A stretch of 64,000 bases of DNA from an uncultured cyanobacterium (GTDB lineage: Bacteria > Cyanobacteriota > Cyanobacteriia > CAKZMO01), in the NCBI GenBank assembly GCA_963719515.1, contig CAVRCJ010000010.1:704001-768000 (forward strand). Direction: 5' to 3'. Shown in pieces: positions 29,321 through 38,220 of the stretch. A program made the position numbers and the translations under genes. How positions within the stretch are numbered: position 1 is the stretch's first letter; the number at the start of each line of letters is the position of its first letter. The notes beneath the pieces were generated by a model, which was given only the letters and a program-made list of their open reading frames with translations, made no database searches and was not told where the DNA came from.

Positions 29321-30706
29321 ATGAGTGACGAGAAGATCGATGGCCAAAAGTCACAGGGCCTGATCAGTGACGCTAAGGGGTCGATCGAGCAGCAGTATGG
29401 CGATCGCCCAACGACGAATACAGGTGGTGGCGATTCTGCTGGACGCGATGTTAATAAGCGCCAGAATACCTTCATTATCAACTTGCTCGGCTCTGACCCT
29501 GCTAGTTCCATCTCACAGCAATCGATACAAGAATTAGTCGCAGTGCTGGCGCAAGTGACTGATGGGCAAAGCGTGAGCCGGGCTTATCAAGAGGCGCTAC
29601 CGCCGGATGCGGATGTGTCGCGGGCCAAAGCAACCACCTTGGAAGGTATGGTGGCGCAGCTTGAGGAGTTTCGGAAGCTGCAAGCGTTTCTACAACAAAT
29701 TGCGGCAGACCCTAATCTTCCAGAAGCTGTGCGCAGACAGCTCGACGAACTCCAGCAGCAGGAGGGGAATGTTGCTCAGAAAGAATCAGAGGACACCATC
29801 AGTACTAGTCCCTCTGTTCTTCAGGCGTATCTTCAGATTGTGGTTCGTCAAGAGCGAGGCTCAGACAAACTTGTCGTTAACGCCTGGCTGATTCCCGATA
29901 TCAGTGTTACTGACCCCAGTCAGCGCTACCAGTCTCTAGATTTAGACGAGTCTCGAAAAGGCGTTTCCTGTCAGATCGAAGGCGTCCAGGCGATTCTAAA
30001 TCAGTTTCTAGATGCAGCACTGGAAACGCTAGATGGTCAATATTATGACCAGCACTATGAGCTGACAATTGAGATGTTTCTGCCGTGGGAGTACCTTTGC
30101 AGAGACGTTGATGCCTGGAAGATGACGGTCGATCTGGACTATGAGCAAGAGATATTTCCAGTGGGCACCAGATATCACGTGCTTGTTAGGTCTCAAGAAC
30201 GGCTCAGTCCGAAGTATCTACGCAATAAGCGAAATCAGTGGCTGGCAAGTTGGGAGCGCGTTGAGGCGCGCCTATCGTCCTCGGTGGCGCTTAAAGATGA
30301 CGACTTTGAGCACATAAATCAGATGCAGACCTGCGACTGGGCTAGGCTCGGTAATCGACTGGAGCAGAAGCTAGGCCTCAAGGTCACTTGTGGCCTGCTC
30401 GAAGATCGCAAGAAGGAGCTATTTACCTGTATCCTCCGCGCCGCTGCCCCCGTTGCTGTTTGGCCGAGGGTTGACTTCTGCGAGGAGGATAACCTTGAGG
30501 GGCAGGAACGCGAGATTAACGGTCTGCTTGTTTCTAGGCCGCTGCGATCGCTAATGAACCGTATCCGGCAGAAACGCAAGGACGCCCACTGCGCGAGCTG
30601 TTCAGACGCCCATATCGGTTCGCATTTAGCAATTCTATGGGAAGATCCAAATCGACTGACGCCGGATGTGCAGCCCCAGGCTCAGCTTAAATCGCCAGGA
30701 ACATGA
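29321..30706 (+). CDS. VMAP (vWA-MoxR-associated protein) with VMAP-C domain and N-terminal low-complexity motif
   Basis: TIEMFLP...DVDAW, VLVRSQERL, PVAVWPR and HLAILWEDPNRLTP; directly upstream of MoxR and vWA genes. Start placed at ATG 29321. Confidence 0.82.
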   Translation: MSDEKIDGQKSQGLISDAKGSIEQQYGDRPTTNTGGGDSAGRDVNKRQNTFIINLLGSDPASSISQQSIQELVAVLAQVTDGQSVSRAYQEALPPDADVSRAKATTLEGMVAQLEEFRKLQAFLQQIAADPNLPEAVRRQLDELQQQEGNVAQKESEDTISTSPSVLQAYLQIVVRQERGSDKLVVNAWLIPDISVTDPSQRYQSLDLDESRKGVSCQIEGVQAILNQFLDAALETLDGQYYDQHYELTIEMFLPWEYLCRDVDAWKMTVDLDYEQEIFPVGTRYHVLVRSQERLSPKYLRNKRNQWLASWERVEARLSSSVALKDDDFEHINQMQTCDWARLGNRLEQKLGLKVTCGLLEDRKKELFTCILRAAAPVAVWPRVDFCEEDNLEGQEREINGLLVSRPLRSLMNRIRQKRKDAHCASCSDAHIGSHLAILWEDPNRLTPDVQPQAQLKSPGT

Positions 30707-30791
30707 TGGAAGAATCTACAGCTGCCACAATGATTGAATCTAGAGCCATCGCTGGTGCAGACTCGTTGTGTAGTAGCGTTTGGCCTATTGT

Positions 30792-30909
30792 AGGCCCCCT
30801 AACCCCCAATCCTGGGGGAACCAGAGGAAGTCTAAATCCCTTACTGCCATTTGCTTTTATGCATCCTAACTTCAAATCCCGCTCCCCCAAACTTGGGGGC
30901 TGGGGGGCC
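30792..30909 (+). repeat. ~118-bp MITE-like dispersed repeat, family B, copy 1
   Basis: GGCCCCCTAACCCCCAATCCTGGGGGAAC...CTCCCCCAAACTTGGGGGCTGGGGGGC; matches the reverse complement of 36579-36696. Confidence 0.88.
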
Positions 30910-31015
30910 TCTTCGAGTAATGAGACGTCGAAGATACTTCAGGACGTAAATTTTGCTTGCGGTACTTGTCTGAACTCGGGAAATTTGAATGTCCTCAGCA
31001 GTATGTGGAGTTGAC

Positions 31016-32035
31016 ATGAGCGACTGGCGTATTTTTACTGGCACTGGAGAGCCCCACAACAGAATCGCTGACCTACCAAAACCGCCAAGCTGGCGAGACT
31101 TTGAACGGGACTTTGACGCGGAAGAACTAGTCGGTGCGCCGCGCCCGCTGAGCGATCGCGATAGAACCCGTGGCGAGAGCTTTCGCGTGTCATCTACCGA
31201 CGAGGACTTGATAAACGTAGTGAACGCGGCGCTGTATCTGCGGCGACCGCTGCTGGTGACGGGGAAGCCGGGGACGGGGAAGACGTCGCTGGCTTATCGG
31301 ATTGCCTATGAGCTGGGGCTGGGGGCGGTGCTATCTTGGTCGATTACGGCGCGGTCTACCCTGCAGGATGGGCTGTATCGCTATGATGCGATTTCGCGGC
31401 TGCAGGATGTGCAGCTGAAGCCGAAGGAGAACGGGGCGGTTGGTGAGGCGAGCGCTGATATTGGCCGCTATATTCAGCTCGGACCGCTGGGGACGGCGAT
31501 GCTGCCGGCGAAGACACCCCGCGTGCTGCTGATTGATGAGTTTGATAAGAGCGACATCAACTTACCCAATGATTTGCTGAACCTGTTCGAAGAAGGAGAG
31601 TTTGAGGTGCCGGAGCTGGCGCGGATCGCGAAAGATACAGAACGGGTGCAGGTGCGCACCTATGATGAGCGAGACGCGACTATCAAGCGGGGGAAGGTGC
31701 AGTGCGCGAGTTTTCCGTTTGTGGTGTTGACGAGCAACGGGGAACGGGACTTTCCGCCTGCGTTTTTGCGGCGCTGCCTGCGGCTGACGATGCCCGACCC
31801 GACCCAGGAGGCGCTGGCGGATATTGTGAAGGCGCATTTGGGGGCTGAGGCGGTGAATGAGGCGGAGCCGCTGATTGAGCAGTTTGTGGAGAAGCGGACA
31901 AAGGGGGACCTGTCGCCGGACCAGCTTTTGAATGCGGTGTATTTGGTGACGAATCAGTTTAGCCCGGAAAAGGGCGATCGCAAGAAGCTGATGGATGTGC
32001 TGATGAAGTATCTCTCTAGCACTGAGGATGGATGA
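31016..32035 (+). CDS. MoxR-family AAA+ ATPase
   Basis: GKPGTGKT, LLIDEFDK, TSNGERDFPPAFLRRC; GGAG RBS before ATG 31016. Confidence 0.93.
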   Translation: MSDWRIFTGTGEPHNRIADLPKPPSWRDFERDFDAEELVGAPRPLSDRDRTRGESFRVSSTDEDLINVVNAALYLRRPLLVTGKPGTGKTSLAYRIAYELGLGAVLSWSITARSTLQDGLYRYDAISRLQDVQLKPKENGAVGEASADIGRYIQLGPLGTAMLPAKTPRVLLIDEFDKSDINLPNDLLNLFEEGEFEVPELARIAKDTERVQVRTYDERDATIKRGKVQCASFPFVVLTSNGERDFPPAFLRRCLRLTMPDPTQEALADIVKAHLGAEAVNEAEPLIEQFVEKRTKGDLSPDQLLNAVYLVTNQFSPEKGDRKKLMDVLMKYLSSTEDG

Positions 32036-32075
32036 GCCGAACGGTAGGACATGATTTGTGTTGAGCGTCCTGGAA

Positions 32076-32168
32076 GCCCCCATCCCTAGCCCTTCCCCCA
32101 ATTCTGAGGGAAGGGAACCAGACTCCCCTCTCCCAAGGTTGGGAGAGGGGCCGGGGGTGAGGGCCTCC
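32076..32168 (+). repeat. 93-bp palindromic dispersed repeat, family A, copy 2
   Basis: Matches the reverse complement of 27697-27789. Confidence 0.9.
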
Positions 32169-32230
32169 GATATGCTAAACATGCACCTGCCATGTCCTTC
32201 CAAAATGCACACCCCAAACCAGCAAGGCCG

Positions 32231-35071
32231 ATGATTGATCAGCTAGTCGCAGCGCTAGGTCAAGATCTGGGTCTGACGAGTAAGGAAATCGCAGACGCGG
32301 TTTGGCTTGCGCTGCAGATTGACTCGGCTGGCCTTCCGACCCGTGCTGATGATGGCGGGGCTGCCGAGGTTAAGCCGGAGGGCGATCGCAATCGAGCCGC
32401 TGACAGAGATTTCTCGGATTCGGCTTTGGACTCTCGCAGAGACGAGGGACCGAAGGAGCCTAAACCGCCTGAGGCGGAGCTGAGGACGCCTAACCCTGAT
32501 GCTGAGGGGCAAGGCGGATTCGGCTCCGACCTGATGATTAAAGTGCCGGATGCGCGATCGCTGCGGGAGCCGCTGGAGCTGGCAAAGTCCTTGAAGCCGC
32601 TGCTGCAGAAGGTGACGGCGGGGCTGAGCACAGTGCTGGATGAAGCGGCGACAGTGGAGCGCATTGCTGGGGAAGGCATTTGGATGCCGGTGCTGGAGCC
32701 GAATTTGGAGCCTTGGCTGGACTTGGCGCTGGTGGTGGATGACAGTCTTTCGATGCATTTATGGCAGCGGACGATTGCGGAGTTGCAGCGCCTGCTGGGG
32801 AACTACGGCGTGTTTCGGGATGTGCGAGTTTGGAGTTTGGCGACGGATGAATTGGGGCAAATTCGGCTGAGGCCGCGATCGGGGGCGAAGGCTGCTCAAA
32901 AGAAAACGCTGCATCGACCCAGTGAGCTAGTGGACCCTGGCGGGCGACGGTTGATTTTGATTGCGACGGACTGTGTGTCTGAGATTTGGCATGACGGGAC
33001 GATGCTGCCCGTTTTGAAGCTGTGGGCGGCGAGTGGGCCGATGGCGATTGTGCAAATGCTGCCGGAGTGGCTGTGGGCGCGGACGGCGTTGGGGTTTGCG
33101 TCGGCGGTGAGGCTACATTCGCTGATGCCGGGGGTGCCGAACCAACGTCTAGATTTGCGGGGGCTGTCGCCTTGGGATGAGGTGGATTTGGGGGCGGGGA
33201 TTCGGGTGCCGGTGGTGACGCTGGAGCCGGAGGCATTTTTGGCTTGGGCGAAGGTAGTGAGTTCTAAGCAGGGGGCTTGGTGTCCTGGGTTTATTTTTGA
33301 GCCGGATGTGACGGCGGGTGCTTCGCAGTTTGAGGGGTTGGATTCGGGAGAGTCGGCGGAGCAGCGGGTGCAGCGATTTCGGGCGACGGCGTCGCCGATG
33401 GCGCGGCGGTTAGCGGGGTTGCTGGCGGCGGCTCCGGTGATTAGTTTGCCGATTGTGAGGATTATTCGCGATCGATTGTTGCCGGAGTCGAGGCAGGTGC
33501 ATGTGGCTGAGTTTTTTGGAAGCCAGTTATTAGAACCATTACTCAGAGGTCAATCATCAATAAATCCTGATCTGATAAAGTACAATTTTATTAGTGGTGT
33601 TCGGGAATTTTTAATTGAATCGGTTTCAACTGAAGACGCGCTTGATGTTTTAGAGGAAGTATCTAAATTTGTTTCAGGAAAATTTGGAATTTCGATGAAA
33701 ACATTTACAGCAATCTTAAAGGATCCTTCTCAGGCAGCGAAGCCAGATTTTCTGGAGCAATCATATTCCTTTGCTTATTTGACCACTAAAATTCTTAAGC
33801 AGCTGGGCGGAAAGTACAAAAAATTTGCAAATAAATTAGAGAATGACCATATTATTTTTAACTCTAGATCGCTAGATATTAGTACTAGACCTATTAACAA
33901 CTTACCTCAAGAAAGAGAAAGTAGTGACACTAGTAACACTATAAAGGATTTGCTTTATGAGAAAAACCGACTAGGCTCTTTGATCAGAATGGATTCAGAA
34001 AATATTGGTTTCAAGCTCGAGCGGATTGAAGTCTTTACTTGGCTAGCTGATATTAAGAAATATCAGCTAGCCAAACCGAAGACAGCAGAAAGGTATTTCA
34101 AAGCAGCACTGAAAGATTGGTCTGAAATCATTACTGATGAAAACTTACTTCTAGCTTCACCTCAAAAAATAGTAATGATTTACGTGCGATTGAGAGACTA
34201 TTTATATAAATATACCAACTCTAGGGACAAAGAATATAGGTTCAGAGAAATCTTACATTCCATTGAGCGTATCAACAGTAATTCTAATAAATCGCCCGAG
34301 ATACACCTTATTTTTGCCGATACTTTGCTAAGGCTAGGAGTATTAGAATTAGAGTTAGATCCTTTAGAAAGCTTTATTAAAGTCAGCAAGGCAATTGATG
34401 TATTTGCACAGACATCTATGATTGAAGATACTTCAAATTATAGGGAAAGTTATACTTGGATGTGCGAAGCATATAATGCAAGGCTGAGTTTAAATATTAG
34501 ACGCGAAAACATCAAAGATGCTATGAGGGATTTCGAAACGATTAGAAATGTTTTTCTCCCGATATTTGAACAATATTCGTTTGATTTTTACTTGCTTAGT
34601 AAGATTCAGTCTGCCCACTTCAAAGCCGGTAAACTTCTATTTGACAAGGGTCAACACAATGATGCTAAGCCGATGCTTGAATATGCTTCTTGCTGGGGAA
34701 ATAAAGAAAGCTCTAAGCTTTTAGCAGAAATGCATCGGAAAGGCTTACAGATACAGGAAAATCTTTCACGGGCTCAAGAACTAGAAGCTAAAGCTTCTAG
34801 ACAGGCTATGAAAAAATTTACTGTTCCTGCTCAGTTTGGAATTGTTAAGAGCCAGTTCTATGTATACATTTACGATAGACCAACCGATTACCCTTATAAG
34901 GGCGTTGATGATCAAGCTGAATGGTTAAAACGAAATCGGGGAGGAATAATACAGGATGATGTTCTCGAAGCTTTTAGGAAGCTTCATCAGATAGCTATTG
35001 AAAATAGCGTATCTTTTCCTGATCTAGCTGTGTATGCTTTAGGCAAAGCTTCAAACAAGAAGCAAACTTAA
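32231..35071 (+). CDS. vWA protein (SAV_2336-like N-terminus) fused to helical/SEL1-like repeats and a DUF2610-like C-terminal domain
   Basis: EIADAVWLA, MIDAS VVDDSLSM, TDCVS and QMLPEWLW. C-terminus KKFTVPAQFG...RGGII...ENSVSFPDLAVYAL. Confidence 0.85.
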   Translation: MIDQLVAALGQDLGLTSKEIADAVWLALQIDSAGLPTRADDGGAAEVKPEGDRNRAADRDFSDSALDSRRDEGPKEPKPPEAELRTPNPDAEGQGGFGSDLMIKVPDARSLREPLELAKSLKPLLQKVTAGLSTVLDEAATVERIAGEGIWMPVLEPNLEPWLDLALVVDDSLSMHLWQRTIAELQRLLGNYGVFRDVRVWSLATDELGQIRLRPRSGAKAAQKKTLHRPSELVDPGGRRLILIATDCVSEIWHDGTMLPVLKLWAASGPMAIVQMLPEWLWARTALGFASAVRLHSLMPGVPNQRLDLRGLSPWDEVDLGAGIRVPVVTLEPEAFLAWAKVVSSKQGAWCPGFIFEPDVTAGASQFEGLDSGESAEQRVQRFRATASPMARRLAGLLAAAPVISLPIVRIIRDRLLPESRQVHVAEFFGSQLLEPLLRGQSSINPDLIKYNFISGVREFLIESVSTEDALDVLEEVSKFVSGKFGISMKTFTAILKDPSQAAKPDFLEQSYSFAYLTTKILKQLGGKYKKFANKLENDHIIFNSRSLDISTRPINNLPQERESSDTSNTIKDLLYEKNRLGSLIRMDSENIGFKLERIEVFTWLADIKKYQLAKPKTAERYFKAALKDWSEIITDENLLLASPQKIVMIYVRLRDYLYKYTNSRDKEYRFREILHSIERINSNSNKSPEIHLIFADTLLRLGVLELELDPLESFIKVSKAIDVFAQTSMIEDTSNYRESYTWMCEAYNARLSLNIRRENIKDAMRDFETIRNVFLPIFEQYSFDFYLLSKIQSAHFKAGKLLFDKGQHNDAKPMLEYASCWGNKESSKLLAEMHRKGLQIQENLSRAQELEAKASRQAMKKFTVPAQFGIVKSQFYVYIYDRPTDYPYKGVDDQAEWLKRNRGGIIQDDVLEAFRKLHQIAIENSVSFPDLAVYALGKASNKKQT

Positions 35072-35283
35072 AGAGCACAACGGTTTTTGGAGAAATTTTA
35101 AATAATATGGCTGCTCCGTCAAAGTTACAAATTTTTCTCAAAGACCACAATTTTCACCATTGTCGGAACTAATATAGCCTCAATAAAAGCACAGCCCGCC
35201 TAATTAAAGATACTCCATTAAAAACCTCACTCAGCGTCTACCTAAGTTAAGTTCCTCAGCCACTGCTTCACGCACGGCTATAC

Positions 35284-36534
35284 TCAAAGCTGGTGATCTG
35301 CTCCCATACCCGGCTCCGCCTTAGCTTCTTCGCTTAGTACAGCGCGATCGCCCTCCTCCTCCTCCTCACCAATCCTCAAATCCTGAGCACTCCCCACATT
35401 AACGTTATACTTCCCCCGCTGCGTCACATTCTGAACCGTATCCCCCTTCACCAAATCCCGCCCAGCATAATCCCCACCCCCCGTATCAATAGTCGTCACA
35501 TTCCCAAACTGCTGACTAATCACTGCCCCTTCCCCAGCATTCACGATCGCCCCCTGCGCCCCTCTCAAATCAACCTGGTCCCGCCCCACCACAGCCATAT
35601 CCGCGCCTACCGTAAACTCCCCCCTCAAAATCTGCCCCATCACCCGCGCGCTATCCTCAGCCGCCACCTCCCGCACCGCTCCGCTTAAAACCGAAGGCCC
35701 ATCCCCCACATCTAGCTCCCCCTCAACCGGTTTCCTCCGGTGCAGCGCCACAGCCATCGCCCCAACCCCTTTCTGAATCGTCAACTCCGGCTCCTGCAGC
35801 AACCCCAGCGCCTCAAATCGCTGCTTCACCACCCCGCTCACCGCCGCAAACACAGCCTCATACAAATCAAAAATACTGATATACCCCTTGCGGCTCTCAA
35901 TCCCCTTGCCTCGCAACCCGTCCGCCAGCGCCGCCGCAAAATAAGTCAAATCCCCTTTTGGCTCAAAATACGATAGCTGAGTCTCCCGACAGGCCGTAAT
36001 AATCACCCGCCCCTCCCCAGTCCCCAACAGCGCCGACGCCGTCCGCCCCGGCAGGCTCCGCCCCATCGCCTCTGGCTCACTCCCCAACGCCTGCGGTGAA
36101 ATCTCCCCCGAATGGCAAGCATTAAACAGCAAAAACACCCGCTTCGCCTTAATCGCCTGCAGCTTCTCCAGCAGCGATCGCTCCTGCACCCCAGACCCCG
36201 CCACCACTTTCCCCTCACTCATCCGGGTATCGTGGGTCGTCAGATAATACCCATCCTCCCCGTACTCCCCATGCCCGCTGTAAAACAGCAAAAATGTATC
36301 CTCTTCCGTCAGCGCCCCCGCCAGCTCATCCAGCGCCGCCTCAATTGTCTCCCGCGTCGCCTCCCCTTCAGTGAGCAGCCTCACCTGCCCCTTCGGGTAG
36401 CCACAATAGCGAGGATTCCGCAGCACGTCCGCCACCTCCATGGCGTCCTCCACGGTGATGGGCACGTTCATCTCGGGCTGGTGATTGTAGGAGCCGACAC
36501 CAATAACTAGGGCGTGAGCTGTTTCAAAGGGCAT
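35284..36534 (-). CDS. caspase-family (peptidase C14) protease with G/Q/N-rich C-terminal tail
   Basis: HALVIGV, catalytic YSGHG and FNACHSG. Start placed at ATG 36534. Confidence 0.92.
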   Translation of the reverse strand: MPFETAHALVIGVGSYNHQPEMNVPITVEDAMEVADVLRNPRYCGYPKGQVRLLTEGEATRETIEAALDELAGALTEEDTFLLFYSGHGEYGEDGYYLTTHDTRMSEGKVVAGSGVQERSLLEKLQAIKAKRVFLLFNACHSGEISPQALGSEPEAMGRSLPGRTASALLGTGEGRVIITACRETQLSYFEPKGDLTYFAAALADGLRGKGIESRKGYISIFDLYEAVFAAVSGVVKQRFEALGLLQEPELTIQKGVGAMAVALHRRKPVEGELDVGDGPSVLSGAVREVAAEDSARVMGQILRGEFTVGADMAVVGRDQVDLRGAQGAIVNAGEGAVISQQFGNVTTIDTGGGDYAGRDLVKGDTVQNVTQRGKYNVNVGSAQDLRIGEEEEEGDRAVLSEEAKAEPGMGADHQL

Positions 36535-36578
36535 TGCTATATACCTTGTAACTAATCCGGAATTTCGCCGCTCTAAAA

Positions 36579-36696
36579 GCCCCCCAGCCCCCAATTCTGG
36601 GGGAGCGGGATTTGGAAATTAGGATTTCTAGAAGCTGATGATGTCGAGGAATTTAGGCTTTCTCCGGTTCCCCCAGAATTGGGGGTCAGGGGGCCT
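36579..36696 (-). repeat. ~118-bp MITE-like dispersed repeat, family B, copy 2
   Basis: Inverted relative to 30792-30909. Confidence 0.88.
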
Positions 36697-36769
36697 TCAA
36701 GACGGTAGATACCACTACGAATTTTGGTCGCTGGTATCAGAATCGTAGGCGCAGAGAGCCTCAACAGCT

Positions 36770-37213
36770 CTACTCCGCCTCCACCGGTTCCGTATACTCA
36801 CAAAAAATATTCAGCCCCACCTTCAGGACATAAAGCACCACCACCGTCGCAATCCCCGAACCAATCGGCAGCGTCGTCAGCTCCACCAAGGTCACGATCG
36901 CCCCCGTCAAAATCGAAGCGCTCCCCGGATTTTTGTTGTAGTCCAAAATCTTCGAGCGAAAGCCCTCATCTCCGCACACCTCCTGCCGCAGCACCTTCAG
37001 CGTCACCTCCCACAGCGACTTATCGCCGGGGCCAAAGATGCCCAAGCTGCCCACCTCCTCTCGCCACAGCTCCTGAAAGCTACTCTCTAAATCGCCATCG
37101 TACTTTTGTAAGGAAGCAATCGCCTCCTGCATACTCGCGGCCTCTGCCACGTCGGAAGTACTGATCAGCTGCTGTGCCCTTTGAATCTCTATTAGAGAGA
37201 GCTGTTTATCCAT
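36770..37213 (-). CDS. hypothetical protein with C-terminal hydrophobic helical hairpin
   Basis: ATG 37213; ILTGAIVTLV and IATVVVLYVLKVGL segments. Confidence 0.75.
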   Translation of the reverse strand: MDKQLSLIEIQRAQQLISTSDVAEAASMQEAIASLQKYDGDLESSFQELWREEVGSLGIFGPGDKSLWEVTLKVLRQEVCGDEGFRSKILDYNKNPGSASILTGAIVTLVELTTLPIGSGIATVVVLYVLKVGLNIFCEYTEPVEAE

Positions 37214-37647
37214 GGTTGTTGAGAAATTGGAGGATACGAAATTACTCTTGCTGGGTTTTATTACGCTCAACCCAACCTACAGGAGAATCTTTTGTCGGTC
37301 AATCAAGCGTCTTCTCGTTCCGCTCAAGCAGCATCAAATAACGTTTTGTACACAACAGTAAACAATCAAGTACCCCTTACAAAGCAACAAGCGATACAGT
37401 CCACCGCTAAAGCATTTACAAAATCCCCTCTTAGGTCAGCAGCAAACGCTCAATCATTAGCCACAACCCAGCAAGCAGCAAAAGATCCCACTTCAAAACT
37501 CCAAACTTCCCCCAATCACCAAACGCGATCGCCGCCAGACCAACAGAGCTGCCACCTAGAGCTGTCACCCCATTTGGCAATTAACGCTCAGGTCCGATAC
37601 AGTCTGAATGAAGTTGCCCCTCCCCCTTACCGTTACGAGGAGTCGAT

Positions 37648-38220
37648 ATGTCAGGTGACCCTACTTTCGTTCAGCTCAGCTGGGAAGATCCCGTAGCAGG
37701 CTCCCGCGCCGCCACCCTGCGGGCCCCCATTGCCATTGGCCGAGAATCAAGCCAAATGCCCGCCCAGGTGAGCGGTCAAGCGCTGTCTCACCTAGAGCTA
37801 AACCACAAACAGGTTTCCCGCTTCCACGCCCAAATCACTGTCGTCAACCGCCGGCTCTACATCACAGACAAAAGCGCCAACGGCACCTTCCTCAACGGTC
37901 GCCAGGTCAAGCGAGACGGCGAAGCCTTTACCGCCAAAGACACCCTCCGGGTCGGCCCCTTCAAAATCACCGCCTCCGTTTTGCGGGATGGCGAAACAAA
38001 CGCAACAGAGCTCAACCCAGACCGCAGCCACCTAGCCAAGAGTGGGCCGTCAGGCCCCAACGCCGTTATCATTGGCCTAGTGGGGGTGACCATCTTACTG
38101 TTAATGGGGCTGGGGACATGGGCGATCGCTCGTGGCCTGTTAGACCAGGTGCGCCCCGACCCAGAGGAAGAAACGTCATCGATATTAGGGCAGGTGGGGG
38201 TTGACACATCAGCGATTTAG
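37648..38220 (+). CDS. FHA domain protein with C-terminal TM helix
   Basis: IGR, VSRFHA and SANGTFLNG; GAGGAG RBS. Confidence 0.9.
   Translation: MSGDPTFVQLSWEDPVAGSRAATLRAPIAIGRESSQMPAQVSGQALSHLELNHKQVSRFHAQITVVNRRLYITDKSANGTFLNGRQVKRDGEAFTAKDTLRVGPFKITASVLRDGETNATELNPDRSHLAKSGPSGPNAVIIGLVGVTILLLMGLGTWAIARGLLDQVRPDPEEETSSILGQVGVDTSAI

Noticed and set aside
30703..31059. Short ORFs between VMAP and MoxR, and similarly 36573-36764
   Set aside because: Translations of the family B repeat (GPLTPNxGGT), with no independent coding evidence
31200..33500. Strong G/T skew on the coding strand, with opposite C/A skew near 54400-56000
   Set aside because: Looks like local third-position codon bias; no discrete element or boundary could be defined
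37292..37696. 134-aa Q/S/T-rich ORF
   Set aside because: TTG start, low-complexity A/C-rich sequence, overlaps the FHA gene start; probably non-coding
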